From: an uncultured delta proteobacterium
GTDB taxonomy: Bacteria; Desulfobacterota; Desulfomonilia; Desulfomonilales; Desulfomonilaceae
DNA: 64,000 nucleotides
Assembly (NCBI GenBank): GCA_963789265.1
Contig: CAWBKB010000003.1
Span: forward strand, 448,001-512,000
Direction: 5' to 3'
A program made the translations under genes and the position numbers. This document shows positions 9,416 through 19,330 of this stretch, piece after piece. Within the stretch, counting starts at the first letter, position 1; the number at the start of each line of letters is the position of its first letter. The notes beneath the pieces are model-generated. The model did not search any database. It was not told the DNA's origin and saw only the letters and a program-made list of their open reading frames with translations.

Positions 9416-11810
9416 TGGGTCGTTCCTGCGTCCCCATATTAGCCGGGTACACGATGCGTGAGTGCAGGATCCCCTGCAACGATCGGACAAAAGATTTGGT
9501 GATTGCATGAATGTCTTTTAGGGTTAAGGTTGATTGGTCCAGTTGGCCTTCGCTGAACAATGCCATGATCAGCGTCTGAACCTGCTTCTGAATCCGAGCG
9601 GGAGTGGGATCATGCAAAGTCCTGCACGCGGCCTCTACCACATCGGCCAGCATTACCAGTGCGGCCTCTTTACTCTGCGGACGCGGTCCGTAGTACCGGT
9701 ACTTGTCTTCACTCACGTTTTGATGCGTTTTTTCGGCTTTTTCCAGGGCCTTGTTATAAAAGAATTTTATCAGGCTTGTCCCGTGGTGTTGCTGGATGAT
9801 TTCCACAATGGGCGAACCGAGTCGATATTCCCGAGCCTTTTCGACGCCATGCTTTACGTGGGACACAAGTATCAGGGCGCTCATACTTGGCTCGAGCCGA
9901 TCGTGAATGTTGCTTCCGCGAAGCTGGTTTTCGATGAAGTAATAGGGCTTGGTCTTCTTACCGACCTTGCCGATGTCGTGATAGTAGGCTCCTACTCGTG
10001 CCAGTAACGGATTCGCGCCAATCAACTCTGCAGCGGTCTCCGCGAGGTTGCCCACCATTATGCAGTGATGGTAAGTACCGGGTGCTTCAAGAGACATTTG
10101 TTTGAGAAGTGGATGATTCAGGTTGGCTATCTCGAGTAATTTCACGTTCGTAGTGTATCCAAGTGGCTCCAGTAGGGGAGCCAACCCTGAAACGAGCAGG
10201 CCGGATAGAACGCCCCCGGAGAATCCGAGGCCAATATCATAGAAATCTTTTAGAGCAGTGATTTCTCCTAGCGCCATCTTAATTGCCAGGATCGAAATCA
10301 TGTTTGCCATGCCGACCACAAGGCCCGCCCTGAGCACCGAGGTGCGATCCGTAATCCGCGTCATCCCGTGTAGTCCGACGATCCCGGAAATAAAGTAAAA
10401 GGCAAAGAGATATATGTCGCCCTCGACTCCCAGCGATGCCGTCAGAGCTGCCAAAGTGGCGAAGATGAAAGCAATCCTCCCGTCCACCATAAGGGCAGTA
10501 AGCATTGCGCCTGTCGCCACAGGCGCGGCAAAAAGAACCGATCTCTGATTTATTCCTTGGCTAGAATTCCCCACTAACGGGGAGAGTGAAGAGACAAAAC
10601 GAACGACAATGATGGTCCCCACCAAAAGAAGGCAGAAGAGAAGAAGGTCTTCCGTGGCATGACGCCCGCGATCTAAATGCTTTTCTGAAAAATAGCAGCC
10701 AAGTCTCAGCAGTATCATCAGCATAAGACAAAAGCCGGCCAGGATAATATAGCGGCTATATGCAGGGTTGGCCTTGTTCAGGCCGGCCAGCTTCCGAATG
10801 TGCGCCTCATTCACGGGCTCGCCTTCTTTGACTATGGGCTCGCCCTTCGCGATCTGAAAATAAACCTTCTTTTCCGAAGCCAGCGCCTCCTGTTTGAGCG
10901 CGGCACTCTTTTCCCTGTTATAGGTTATGTTGACATTCACGAGATCCATCGCTATGCGCCTCATAGCCCTTGATAGCTCAGAATCCGTGGAGGGATGGCT
11001 CTCTGCGACATTAATAAAGTTTATTGCTTCTTTGAGATCGAAGATGGATGATAGGTCCTTGAGAAGCTCGAGCTTGTCCTTGGATTTTGTCTTCAAAAGG
11101 ATGCCCTGCCGTCCATCTCTCATAAGAAGATCGCGACTCAGTGTGACACCTTTCAATAACACGGGTACTACCAAGGACAGGAGATCCCTTTGGATTCGGG
11201 CATCAAATCCCGCTGACTTCAGGAGAGCGAAACTCGACGGGGAGACAGTGGTGCCCAGAAGGTTCTCGAAACGTGTCCGGAGCGTGGATTCGTCCAAAGG
11301 CCGGAAAGATTTGGTATCAATGCCGCTCTTTTCAGGCCTGGGCCCGGCCTCCACCGGCTTGTTGGCTTGCTTGGCATTATATTCCGCCTCGGCGGCCAGG
11401 TACTTCTTTCCAAAATTGAACGCGGCCACAATCCTCGCCTGAACGTCATGGACCATAAGATCGTCAAAATCGTACACAGGTCGAACCGATTTCAAAACTT
11501 CGTCACGGTTCTTGTTAGTCGCTGCTTCGTCGATCACGCGAAAGGTTATGGGAGATATGATGGTCTCCGGAGCCGGCTCTCCAACAGTCAGGTTGTAAAC
11601 TCGGAAGGACTTGGGCGCCAACATGAAGGCAGCGATCAAGGAGGTGCTGATAATAAGAGCCCAGCGCTGCCATTTGGGCTCGTTAAAATTATGCACCCAG
11701 TGCGGAACGCTTCGTCCCACGCCTCTAAGCGCGTGCTCGGCCTTCCCTTTTAGTGTCTCGGGCTTCTTGGCCTTTTCTGATAATTTGTTCTTGTCGGATG
11801 ACTCCGGCAT
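9318..11810 (-). CDS. 7TM-HD domain phosphohydrolase (PgpH-like)
   Basis: Extracellular domain, seven TM segments, APGTYHH, YYHDIGK, QHHGT, LADVVEAA; conserved phoH-HD-ybeY order. Confidence 0.92.
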   Translation of the reverse strand: MPESSDKNKLSEKAKKPETLKGKAEHALRGVGRSVPHWVHNFNEPKWQRWALIISTSLIAAFMLAPKSFRVYNLTVGEPAPETIISPITFRVIDEAATNKNRDEVLKSVRPVYDFDDLMVHDVQARIVAAFNFGKKYLAAEAEYNAKQANKPVEAGPRPEKSGIDTKSFRPLDESTLRTRFENLLGTTVSPSSFALLKSAGFDARIQRDLLSLVVPVLLKGVTLSRDLLMRDGRQGILLKTKSKDKLELLKDLSSIFDLKEAINFINVAESHPSTDSELSRAMRRIAMDLVNVNITYNREKSAALKQEALASEKKVYFQIAKGEPIVKEGEPVNEAHIRKLAGLNKANPAYSRYIILAGFCLMLMILLRLGCYFSEKHLDRGRHATEDLLLFCLLLVGTIIVVRFVSSLSPLVGNSSQGINQRSVLFAAPVATGAMLTALMVDGRIAFIFATLAALTASLGVEGDIYLFAFYFISGIVGLHGMTRITDRTSVLRAGLVVGMANMISILAIKMALGEITALKDFYDIGLGFSGGVLSGLLVSGLAPLLEPLGYTTNVKLLEIANLNHPLLKQMSLEAPGTYHHCIMVGNLAETAAELIGANPLLARVGAYYHDIGKVGKKTKPYYFIENQLRGSNIHDRLEPSMSALILVSHVKHGVEKAREYRLGSPIVEIIQQHHGTSLIKFFYNKALEKAEKTHQNVSEDKYRYYGPRPQSKEAALVMLADVVEAACRTLHDPTPARIQKQVQTLIMALFSEGQLDQSTLTLKDIHAITKSFVRSLQGILHSRIVYPANMGTQERPNGDTNRQQPEKDRHRSGRPAEENGTNIRRLGL

Positions 11811-11816
11811 TTTCCT

Positions 11817-12821
11817 TTATCTCCGAAACCTACCTTCCCTGTGGGGAACTCTACTCTCGTAAGCTTTTATGATTTCTTGAACCAGAGGATGGCGGACAAC
11901 GTCTTGGTCGGTAAACATCACCACGGCTATGCCCTCTATGTTGTTGAGGATCTCTCGGGCTTCCACCAGACCGGATACGGTCCCCTCAGGAAGATCAATC
12001 TGTGTTATATCGCCGGTTATGACCGCCCTGGAAGAATAGCCAAGACGCGTAAGAAACATCTTCATTTGCTCGGAGGTTGTGTTTTGCGCTTCATCCAGGA
12101 TGACAAAAGAATCATTTAGAGTTCGGCCTCTCATAAAGGCCAAAGGGGCTACTTCGATGTCGCCCCTTTCAATCATACGCGTCGCTTTCTCGAAATCAAT
12201 CATGTCATGTAATGCATCGTAGAGCGGACGTAAGTACGGGTTCACCTTTTCGTATAGATCTCCCGGTAAAAAACCCAACTTTTCCCCGGCTTCAACCGCC
12301 GGCCGCGTGAGTATTATTCTTCTGAGTTCCTTCTTGGTAAACGAAGCCATAGCCATAGCCATAGCCAAATATGTCTTACCGGTCCCTGCCGGGCCAATAC
12401 CGAACACGATGTCGTGAGTCTGGATAGCTTCTATATACTGTTTCTGCAGGACCGTTTTGGGCGTGATGGGACGCTTTCCGGCAGATATGAAAATCGTGTT
12501 GCGCAGCAGATCTCTGAGTTTAGCCTGCGGGTTCTGGAGCAGGAGTCTGACTCCCTGATCGATGTCTGCCGGATGGATCGGGTAGCCTTCCCGAACCAGT
12601 GGATACATCTGCTTCAGCAACTTTTCCGCAACATCGTCAGACGGCGGCTCTCCGTAAATGCTGACAGTATTCCCTTTGACGGAGATACTGACTCCGAGAC
12701 ATTTTTCAATGTACTTGATATTTTTGCTTAATTCGCCGACAAGTGCCTGAAAAGCCCCAATGTCGGCGAAGCTTACACGACGAGGTATCGGCTCGCCCTG
12801 CTCGACTGAATTCGTCTTCAA
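11817..12821 (-). CDS. phoH: PhoH family ATPase
   Basis: [33 protein letters not shown]. Confidence 0.96.
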   Translation of the reverse strand: MKTNSVEQGEPIPRRVSFADIGAFQALVGELSKNIKYIEKCLGVSISVKGNTVSIYGEPPSDDVAEKLLKQMYPLVREGYPIHPADIDQGVRLLLQNPQAKLRDLLRNTIFISAGKRPITPKTVLQKQYIEAIQTHDIVFGIGPAGTGKTYLAMAMAMASFTKKELRRIILTRPAVEAGEKLGFLPGDLYEKVNPYLRPLYDALHDMIDFEKATRMIERGDIEVAPLAFMRGRTLNDSFVILDEAQNTTSEQMKMFLTRLGYSSRAVITGDITQIDLPEGTVSGLVEAREILNNIEGIAVVMFTDQDVVRHPLVQEIIKAYESRVPHREGRFRR

Positions 12822-13228
12822 GAAGCCTCCAAGTGCTCCTTAATTCAAGCCCCCAACTTTTCTGTCATCCAATCTGAAATCGTTCCGGGCTTGTCAGTGT
12901 CTCCCGAACTGACGGTTCTTGCTCGAACGCGCTCATCATCCAAAATTTCATTCGGATGATACCACCTTTTCAAGTAAGGAATCAACGTGAACATCATAAG
13001 TCGTAGATTTGAAGGGCTACTACCCAAGATTAATCCACCTTCTTGCCCATCGACTCCGAAGACCTTCAAGCTCGGTCTCATCGTATGAAGCGCGGTGCTG
13101 GACAGAAATACTGGCAGAGTCTATGCTCCGATTATTGCATTGATGCCGGAATTGATTTCGGAGTGCCGGAGAACCTCCTGGTCAGAATTTCCACGTCCAT
13201 ATCTCACGAGACAAGGGAAAAATCAAGT

Positions 13229-14075
13229 ATGAATCTTTCGGACAGCTCCGCAAAAACCACCAAGGCCCTCGGCCGGCTCCTAGCTCTTATCAGTGCACTT
13301 CGATCAGAAAATGGGTGCCCCTGGGATAGGGAGCAAACTCCTCGAACTTTCCATCCGTACGTTTCTTGAGGAATACCACGAGCTGGCTCAAGCAATTCAT
13401 GGGGGGGAAACGGGCGAGATAGTTGATGAGTTAGGAGATCTACTCTTTCTGGTTGTCTTCCTTGCATACATGTTCGAACAAGAAGGCTTGACCACTCTGG
13501 AAGAGATTGTCGAAGCAGTGATCTCCAAAATGATCCGCAGGCATCCTCATGTTTTTGCCGATGCACAGGTGAAAAGCGCGGAGGAGGTAATCGAGCACTG
13601 GAGCAAGATCAAGGCGTCTGAAGAGCATATTCGGAAGCGTGAGTCTCTGTTGGACGGCATACCTCGATCCCTGCCTGCATTGAGCAGAGCTCAAAAGATT
13701 GCGACAAGGGCCGCGAGAGTCGGCTTTGACTGGTCAGAACCGGAGGAAGTATACGCCAAGATAGATGAAGAGTTGACTGAACTCAAACACGCGGTGGATG
13801 AAGGATCTGCGGATAACATTCACGAAGAACTCGGGGATCTGCTCTTTGTGATAGTCAACGCCGCGCGCCACCTGAAAGTAAACAGTGAAACAGCGCTGAA
13901 CGAGACATCCGACAAATTTGAGCGGAGATTTCGGCACATAGAAGCAAGGCTGGCAACGCGGGGCCTCTCCCTCGACCAAGCCGATCTGCAAGAAATGGAC
14001 AAACTGTGGGACGAAGCCAAGTCCAGAGAGAAGCATCATAATCTCAGCGGACCGAGCAAATTGGACCGCGCTTGA
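13229..14075 (+). CDS. mazG: Nucleoside triphosphate pyrophosphohydrolase MazG, frameshifted near 13363
   Basis: GCPWDREQT in the first frame; EELGDLLF-type motifs twice, RRHPHVF and GFDW in the second. Confidence 0.93.
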
Positions 14076-14090
14076 CAACTACAGTTCAGC

Positions 14091-14519
14091 TCAGCTCAGG
14101 CCGGAGATGTTGAACACGTGCAATCCTGCATCCTTTTGAATTGTTACATCGACAGTGTCATTCCTTATTCCCAGGGCCAACTGCCCTTGCCCTTTGGCTC
14201 CGTCAAGGCCGGTAATGTCTCTCATGATCTCCAGTCCTCGTGCTATGACGTGGGCAGGTGCTTTGGGAAGCGAGTACGTCGAGTCGCCATGAACAGTTAC
14301 GCCCTTGTCCTTATCCATCGAAAAGCGCGCGGCCCGCTCCTCAATGGCATCCAATAGGACCAGCGCCATATATTTTAACGGGGCCTCGTCAGCATCTGTG
14401 CCGGGCTCTTCGGCCCAGCCCGCTCTCTCCCACAATTCAAGAGCCATACGTGGGGCAATTTCCAATTGGCAATCCATCTGCTGCTGCAACCTCAAGTGGG
14501 GACTTTCCGAGTCCGACAT
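14091..14519 (-). CDS. Hypothetical protein
   Basis: 142-aa ORF with AAGGAGG Shine-Dalgarno, downstream of the zinc-ribbon gene. Confidence 0.75.
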   Translation of the reverse strand: MSDSESPHLRLQQQMDCQLEIAPRMALELWERAGWAEEPGTDADEAPLKYMALVLLDAIEERAARFSMDKDKGVTVHGDSTYSLPKAPAHVIARGLEIMRDITGLDGAKGQGQLALGIRNDTVDVTIQKDAGLHVFNISGLS

Positions 14520-14555
14520 GGGACGACCTCCTTTTCGTCAGGTTTCATCCGGGTG

Positions 14556-14774
14556 CTAGTGACATGTGGCACAGGAAGTTGACGAGCAGGTACTACATCC
14601 CGATTTACCGGTGCCCGATGTCTTGAAATCACCGGCTGCGCTCTTGAAGCTGCAAGCAGACATCAGCCTCTCCACATTGCCTCCGCACGTCGGGCAGACT
14701 ACCTGATCGTTCCCGAAGACCAGCACTTCAAAATCGTCTTCGCACTTGCCACAATGGTATTCATAAATAGGCAT
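14556..14774 (-). CDS. FmdB-family zinc-ribbon protein
   Basis: MPIYEYHCGKC...CPTCG and Cys-rich tail; GAGGAG Shine-Dalgarno. Confidence 0.9.
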   Translation of the reverse strand: MPIYEYHCGKCEDDFEVLVFGNDQVVCPTCGGNVERLMSACSFKSAAGDFKTSGTGKSGCSTCSSTSCATCH

Positions 14775-14874
14775 ACAACCTTTCTCCTCCTCGCTAGGAT
14801 AGTCTAATTATCAAGATGCGCCTGATGGGCAAAAGATGCAAGGTTTTGCGGGGCGAAAACGAGTTCACCACAGA

Positions 14875-15192
14875 TCAATTGCGATCTGTATCACGATAAA
14901 TAATGGTGTCTCCGCCCGGGAAAGTAAGAGTGCTCCCCTGTTTTGTCTCTACGTATCGTCCCCACTTGAATACGTTCTTGCCTGCAACAATGAAATCCTT
15001 TTCGATGTTATCCCGATTGATGCGTTTCCAAGCGCCTTTTCCGTCAGCGTACTGCAACCTCATCACCCCGTTGGGAGCGACTTGCGTAACAGCAGCGTAC
15101 CCGGTCTTAGCGATCTTCCCTCCGCATCCACTTAGAAGAGCTAGAGCAAAGATGCCAACGAGAATTGTCAGTGTAAGAGATCTGATGTTCAG
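14875..15192 (-). CDS. Putative lipoprotein with non-canonical (CTG or ATA) start
   Basis: The frame of ORF 14875-15066 extends 42 codons upstream as LNIRSLTLTILVGIFALALLSGC (lipobox). No in-frame ATG/GTG/TTG before the upstream TAA. Confidence 0.65.
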   Translation of the reverse strand: MNIRSLTLTILVGIFALALLSGCGGKIAKTGYAAVTQVAPNGVMRLQYADGKGAWKRINRDNIEKDFIVAGKNVFKWGRYVETKQGSTLTFPGGDTIIYRDTDRN

Positions 15193-15371
15193 TATCCCTA
15201 TCCTTTCTCCTGCACATGGAACATCCTGATATCTTTAGCATACCTCGGGCAATAAAGTCAATTCCGGATCGTGTTGAAAATATGGGCTGAATTATCATTC
15301 AAGCCTGAAATCCATTGCTTCGCAGGATGATGCAAATTGCCCCTGCGCTGATTTTCGCTTAGGATGACACG

Positions 15372-16076
15372 ATGTCCCGGCAAGCGAACAAACCTTCGGC
15401 ATGGCCTCCAAGGATACAGGTGGCGGGAGTCTCCTCCCTGGAAGAGGCTCTTTTTTGCGAGCAGGTCGGAATTGACGCCGTGGGGTTCACCCTGTGCCTT
15501 CCCGACGGCCTCCACGACGGCCTCACACCGGATAAGGCGGCCGCAATCATTAGCGCACTGCCATCTCGCTTATTATCCGTGGTGATTACATACTTGAGTC
15601 GTGCCGACACGGCCTGTCAGCTTGCCGCGATCACGCAGCCGGCAGCAATGCAGTTTCATGGGGGTATTTCCGACAAGGAGGTGGTTCTCTTCCGAAACAT
15701 TTGCCCCGGCGTGAGAACTATCGGACGAATAACGGTTCTCGGGAAAGAGTCGATAGAAGAGGCTGCCTCGTTTCGATCGCCGAACTGGGATGCAATCATC
15801 CTGGATTCCTTTGATCCGTACACTGGAAGAAAAGGCGCTACCGGTCTCGCGCATGACTGGTCGATCAGCGCAAAGATCGTGAGAATATCATCCGTCCCTG
15901 TGATCCTAGCCGGCGGCCTCAATCCCGGTAACGTGGCTGAGGCAATCCACAAGGTTAGACCACACGGAGTCGACGCGCATACCGGCCTGGAAGACGACGG
16001 AGGTACTCGAAGTTTCCAGAAGATTGGAGATTTTGCTCGGACAGCACTGAAAGCCTTCGAGAGCTTGCCTGCTTGA
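15372..16076 (+). CDS. trpF: Phosphoribosylanthranilate isomerase family protein
   Basis: QFHG, LDSF...GATGLAHDW, ILAGGLNPGNV, PHGVDAHTGLE. Confidence 0.88.
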   Translation: MSRQANKPSAWPPRIQVAGVSSLEEALFCEQVGIDAVGFTLCLPDGLHDGLTPDKAAAIISALPSRLLSVVITYLSRADTACQLAAITQPAAMQFHGGISDKEVVLFRNICPGVRTIGRITVLGKESIEEAASFRSPNWDAIILDSFDPYTGRKGATGLAHDWSISAKIVRISSVPVILAGGLNPGNVAEAIHKVRPHGVDAHTGLEDDGGTRSFQKIGDFARTALKAFESLPA

Positions 16077-16124
16077 GGCTTTTAGGGCCCGTCACGTGCT
16101 CCGAATGAAGCGAGCCAATGCACC

Positions 16125-16152
16125 TTGACCGGTTATTGCAGGATGTTATGAT
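16125..16152 (+). promoter_or_regulatory. Putative sigma70 promoter (extended -10) of the GH57 gene
   Basis: TTGACC-16 nt-TATGAT with TG one base upstream of the -10. Confidence 0.5.
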
Positions 16153-16294
16153 CTCTCAAATATTGTCCACTGGAAACGTGGCCTAGCTTGGGGTGCCGTC
16201 ATTCCGGCGCGGGAGCCCCCGTGACCCGCGGCTCAAGTGGAAACGGGCTGATATAGGTTACAGGCAACCTGTCAAGCAAAAGTTCGAGAGCATA

Positions 16295-18704
16295 ATGAGT
16301 GATTCAACGCGATATATCTGCATCCACGGGCACTTTTACCAGCCGCCTCGCGAAAATCCTTGGCTCGAAGAAATAGAAATCCAGGAGTCGGCCCATCCGT
16401 TCCATGACTGGAATGAAAAGGTCACAGAGGAATGTTACAAGCCCAATGTTCGCGCCCGGATACTGGATCCCCGGGGACGCCTTGCAGACATTATTAACAA
16501 TTATGAGCACATCAGCTTCGACTTTGGTCCCACACTTCTATCGTGGCTGGAAACACACGCGGTCGAGACATATCAAGCGATTCTTGAAGCAGATGCGCTA
16601 AGCCGGGGGCGGCGGTCGGGTCACGGCAACGCGCTGGCCCAGGCCTACAATCATATAATCATGCCGTTGGCCTCTTCCCGAGACAAACTTACTCAAGTTG
16701 TGTGGGGAATAGAAGATTTTCTCAAGCGGTTCCGTCGAGATCCGGAAGGCATGTGGCTCCCCGAAACGGCAGTAGATAGCGAAACTCTTGAGATCATGGT
16801 CGAGCATGGGATGCGCTATACGATTCTTGCCCCGTCTCAGGCCCGGCGGTTCCGTGTCGCGGCCGATGACAAGTGGATCGATCTCGGTCCCGGCTCCATC
16901 GACCCTTCACGACCGTATATATGCGAGCTTTCCAGGGGACGCAGCATTGTTTTGTTCTTTTATGACGGTCCCATCTCACAGGCAGTTGCATTCGAAGGAC
17001 TTTTGGGCAGTGGTGAAAACCTGAAAAACAGATTGCTGGGGGCATTTTCTGCTGCGAGGACCTGGCCTCAACTTGTTCACACCGCGACGGACGGCGAGTC
17101 ATACGGCCATCACCACAGGTTCGGGGAAATGGCCCTGGCTTATGCTCTCCGGGAACTCTTGCATCAACCTCATGTGCGGCTGACCAATTACGGCGAGTTT
17201 CTCGACAAGCACCCTCCCTCCGCGCATGCGGAGTTCATAGAAAATTCTTCATGGAGCTGTGCCCATGGTGTAGGTAGATGGTCCAAAGATTGCGGATGTG
17301 CCCTATCCCACAGGCCAAACTGGAATCAAAAGTGGAGGGCTCCTTTGAGAAGGTCACTCGACCTTCTGCGTGACAGAACCGACAAACTCTTCGTCGAGAA
17401 AGCTGCTCCCTTGCTGAAGGATCCGTGGGCCGCGCGAAATGCATATATAAGCGTTGTCCTGGAGAACCGTCCGAGAATCGGGCCGTTCCTTAAAGTGTAT
17501 GGGCGGAGGATTAACAAAAGTCAGCGGGAACTGGTATTGAAACTTCTAGAGATGCAGCGCAATCGGATGCTTATGTACACGAGCTGCGGCTGGTTCTTTG
17601 ATGACATTTCCGGCATAGAAGCACTGCAAGTTCTCAGGTACGCTGCCCGCGTGGTGCAAATCGCTTATCCGTTCGATCCGACTGTCATAGATGACTTTTT
17701 GAAAGAATTGAGTGAAGCCAAGAGTAACGTGAGGCCCAACCTCCACGGAGACCAACTGTTCGATCAGAAAATCAGGCCACAGGTAGCGGACTTGGCCAAC
17801 GTGGCAGCCCATGTAGCCATTTCGTCGGTTTTTGAAGGGGTGCCTGCCAAAAGACGGCTATACTGCTATGACATAAAACTCCTGGATCTGAATAGGAAGG
17901 AATCGGCTGACCGAATGCTCGTGATAGGCAGGATGAATGTGTTAAGCCGCATCACGACAAGCGCTCGGGAATTTGCCTTTGCAGTCATTCATCTGGGCGG
18001 AGTGGACCTGCGCTGCTCGGTCGATGAGTTCCCCGACCAATCCCGGTACGACGGCATAAAGAAGGACCTCCTCGACAGCTTCACGCCGCAGTCCTCCACG
18101 GAGCTGTTCCGGAAACTGGATAGGTATTTTCCCGGTGGCTATTTCCGCCTTCAAGATCTCTTCTTCGAACAAAGGCGCAAAGTCATCAATATCCTAGCAA
18201 CGAAGAAGTTTGAACCGCAGGCACGGATGCTACGGACTTTTTATGAAAAGAACAAAGATCTGGCAAAATTCATAGTGGTTCACGAGGCGCATGTTCCTGA
18301 CACGTATCTTGCGGCGGCCGGCCTGGTGCTCAACCGAACCTTGACAAAAGAAACTCAAGAAACTCGCCACGGGCGTCTTCCCGGATGACCTTCAGGCAGT
18401 TGTGGAAGAATCGCGGCTCTGGGATATTGCTCTCGATATCGGCGCGGCTGAAAAACTGATCGCGAATCGCATCGCGGGCCTTGTCCAAGAACTCGGAAAG
18501 GACCCGCATGACAGCGATATTCCGGTGCAGATCATCAGATTTCTGGATCTCGCACGTGACATGGACCTATCGGTTGAGCTGCGAGAGGCTCAAACTCTTT
18601 TCTTTCAGCTAGTAAGGGATACGGAAGCCGGTGGAGAAAGGAGATTGCCGTCTTTATTCCACGAGCTTGCCGATCGGCTGGCAGTGAGTTTGCGCCGTGG
18701 CTAA
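16295..18704 (+). CDS. Glycoside hydrolase family 57 / DUF3536 protein, frameshifted near 18352
   Basis: IHGHFYQPPRENPW, GMWLPETAV, ATDGESYGHH, SWSCAHGVGRW, MYTSCGWFFD; the C-terminus continues in ORF 18402-18704. Confidence 0.9.
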
Positions 18705-19330
18705 AGCATTGGGATGGCAACTGTCAATAGACTCCCCATAGGAGTAATCCCGATATGGGGAAAACAACGGTCTCCGTAATGCCTTATGAGACGCCGTCAA
18801 AATACGGGCGGAAAACAATAGACCTTGTGTCGTGGTCTACAGCATGTGCCCCCAAGCTCCAGGGCCTGTATCAAACCAAATATTGTCTTTTGGACCGAGA
18901 TAGGCGAGTTTGTCAAGTCAAAGGTGATCGCTACTCCTCGCGTGCTGGGAGGACATCCTTCTCTGCTCGAGCGTTGTCAGAGTGCTGCATCAGGGCGGGC
19001 GGCCCGGCAAGTCCTGCGATCCTCAAGCATCCTAATACGGCACCAGGCTTTTTCATGAGTAAATACGAGGACAGAAGCGACTTTGACGAGACATTCTTCG
19101 CGGCCGATGGTTGAGCTTGAAGCTATCGACCTTAATTTTGCTTAATTTAAACACCTGGTTATTGGTTTGCCAACATGGTTCGACTGCGCGGGGAAGGACA
19201 AAGAGGTAACCGCAATTCCCGCACGGGCAACTAGGACCTAGTGACGGAAACGGACGGTTCCCATTTGGCGGGAAGCGCACAACAATGCCTGCGTGCAGCG
19301 GTGTTTTTGCTGGACTGGAGGATTAATTTA

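Noticed and set aside
12845..13081. 78-aa ORF and small hairpins between phoH and mazG
   Set aside because: No recognisable features; compatible with a divergent promoter region.
18755..19280. Short ORFs upstream of hsdM as a possible regulator or extra defence gene
   Set aside because: No Shine-Dalgarno, no HTH or other motif, and mutually overlapping frames.
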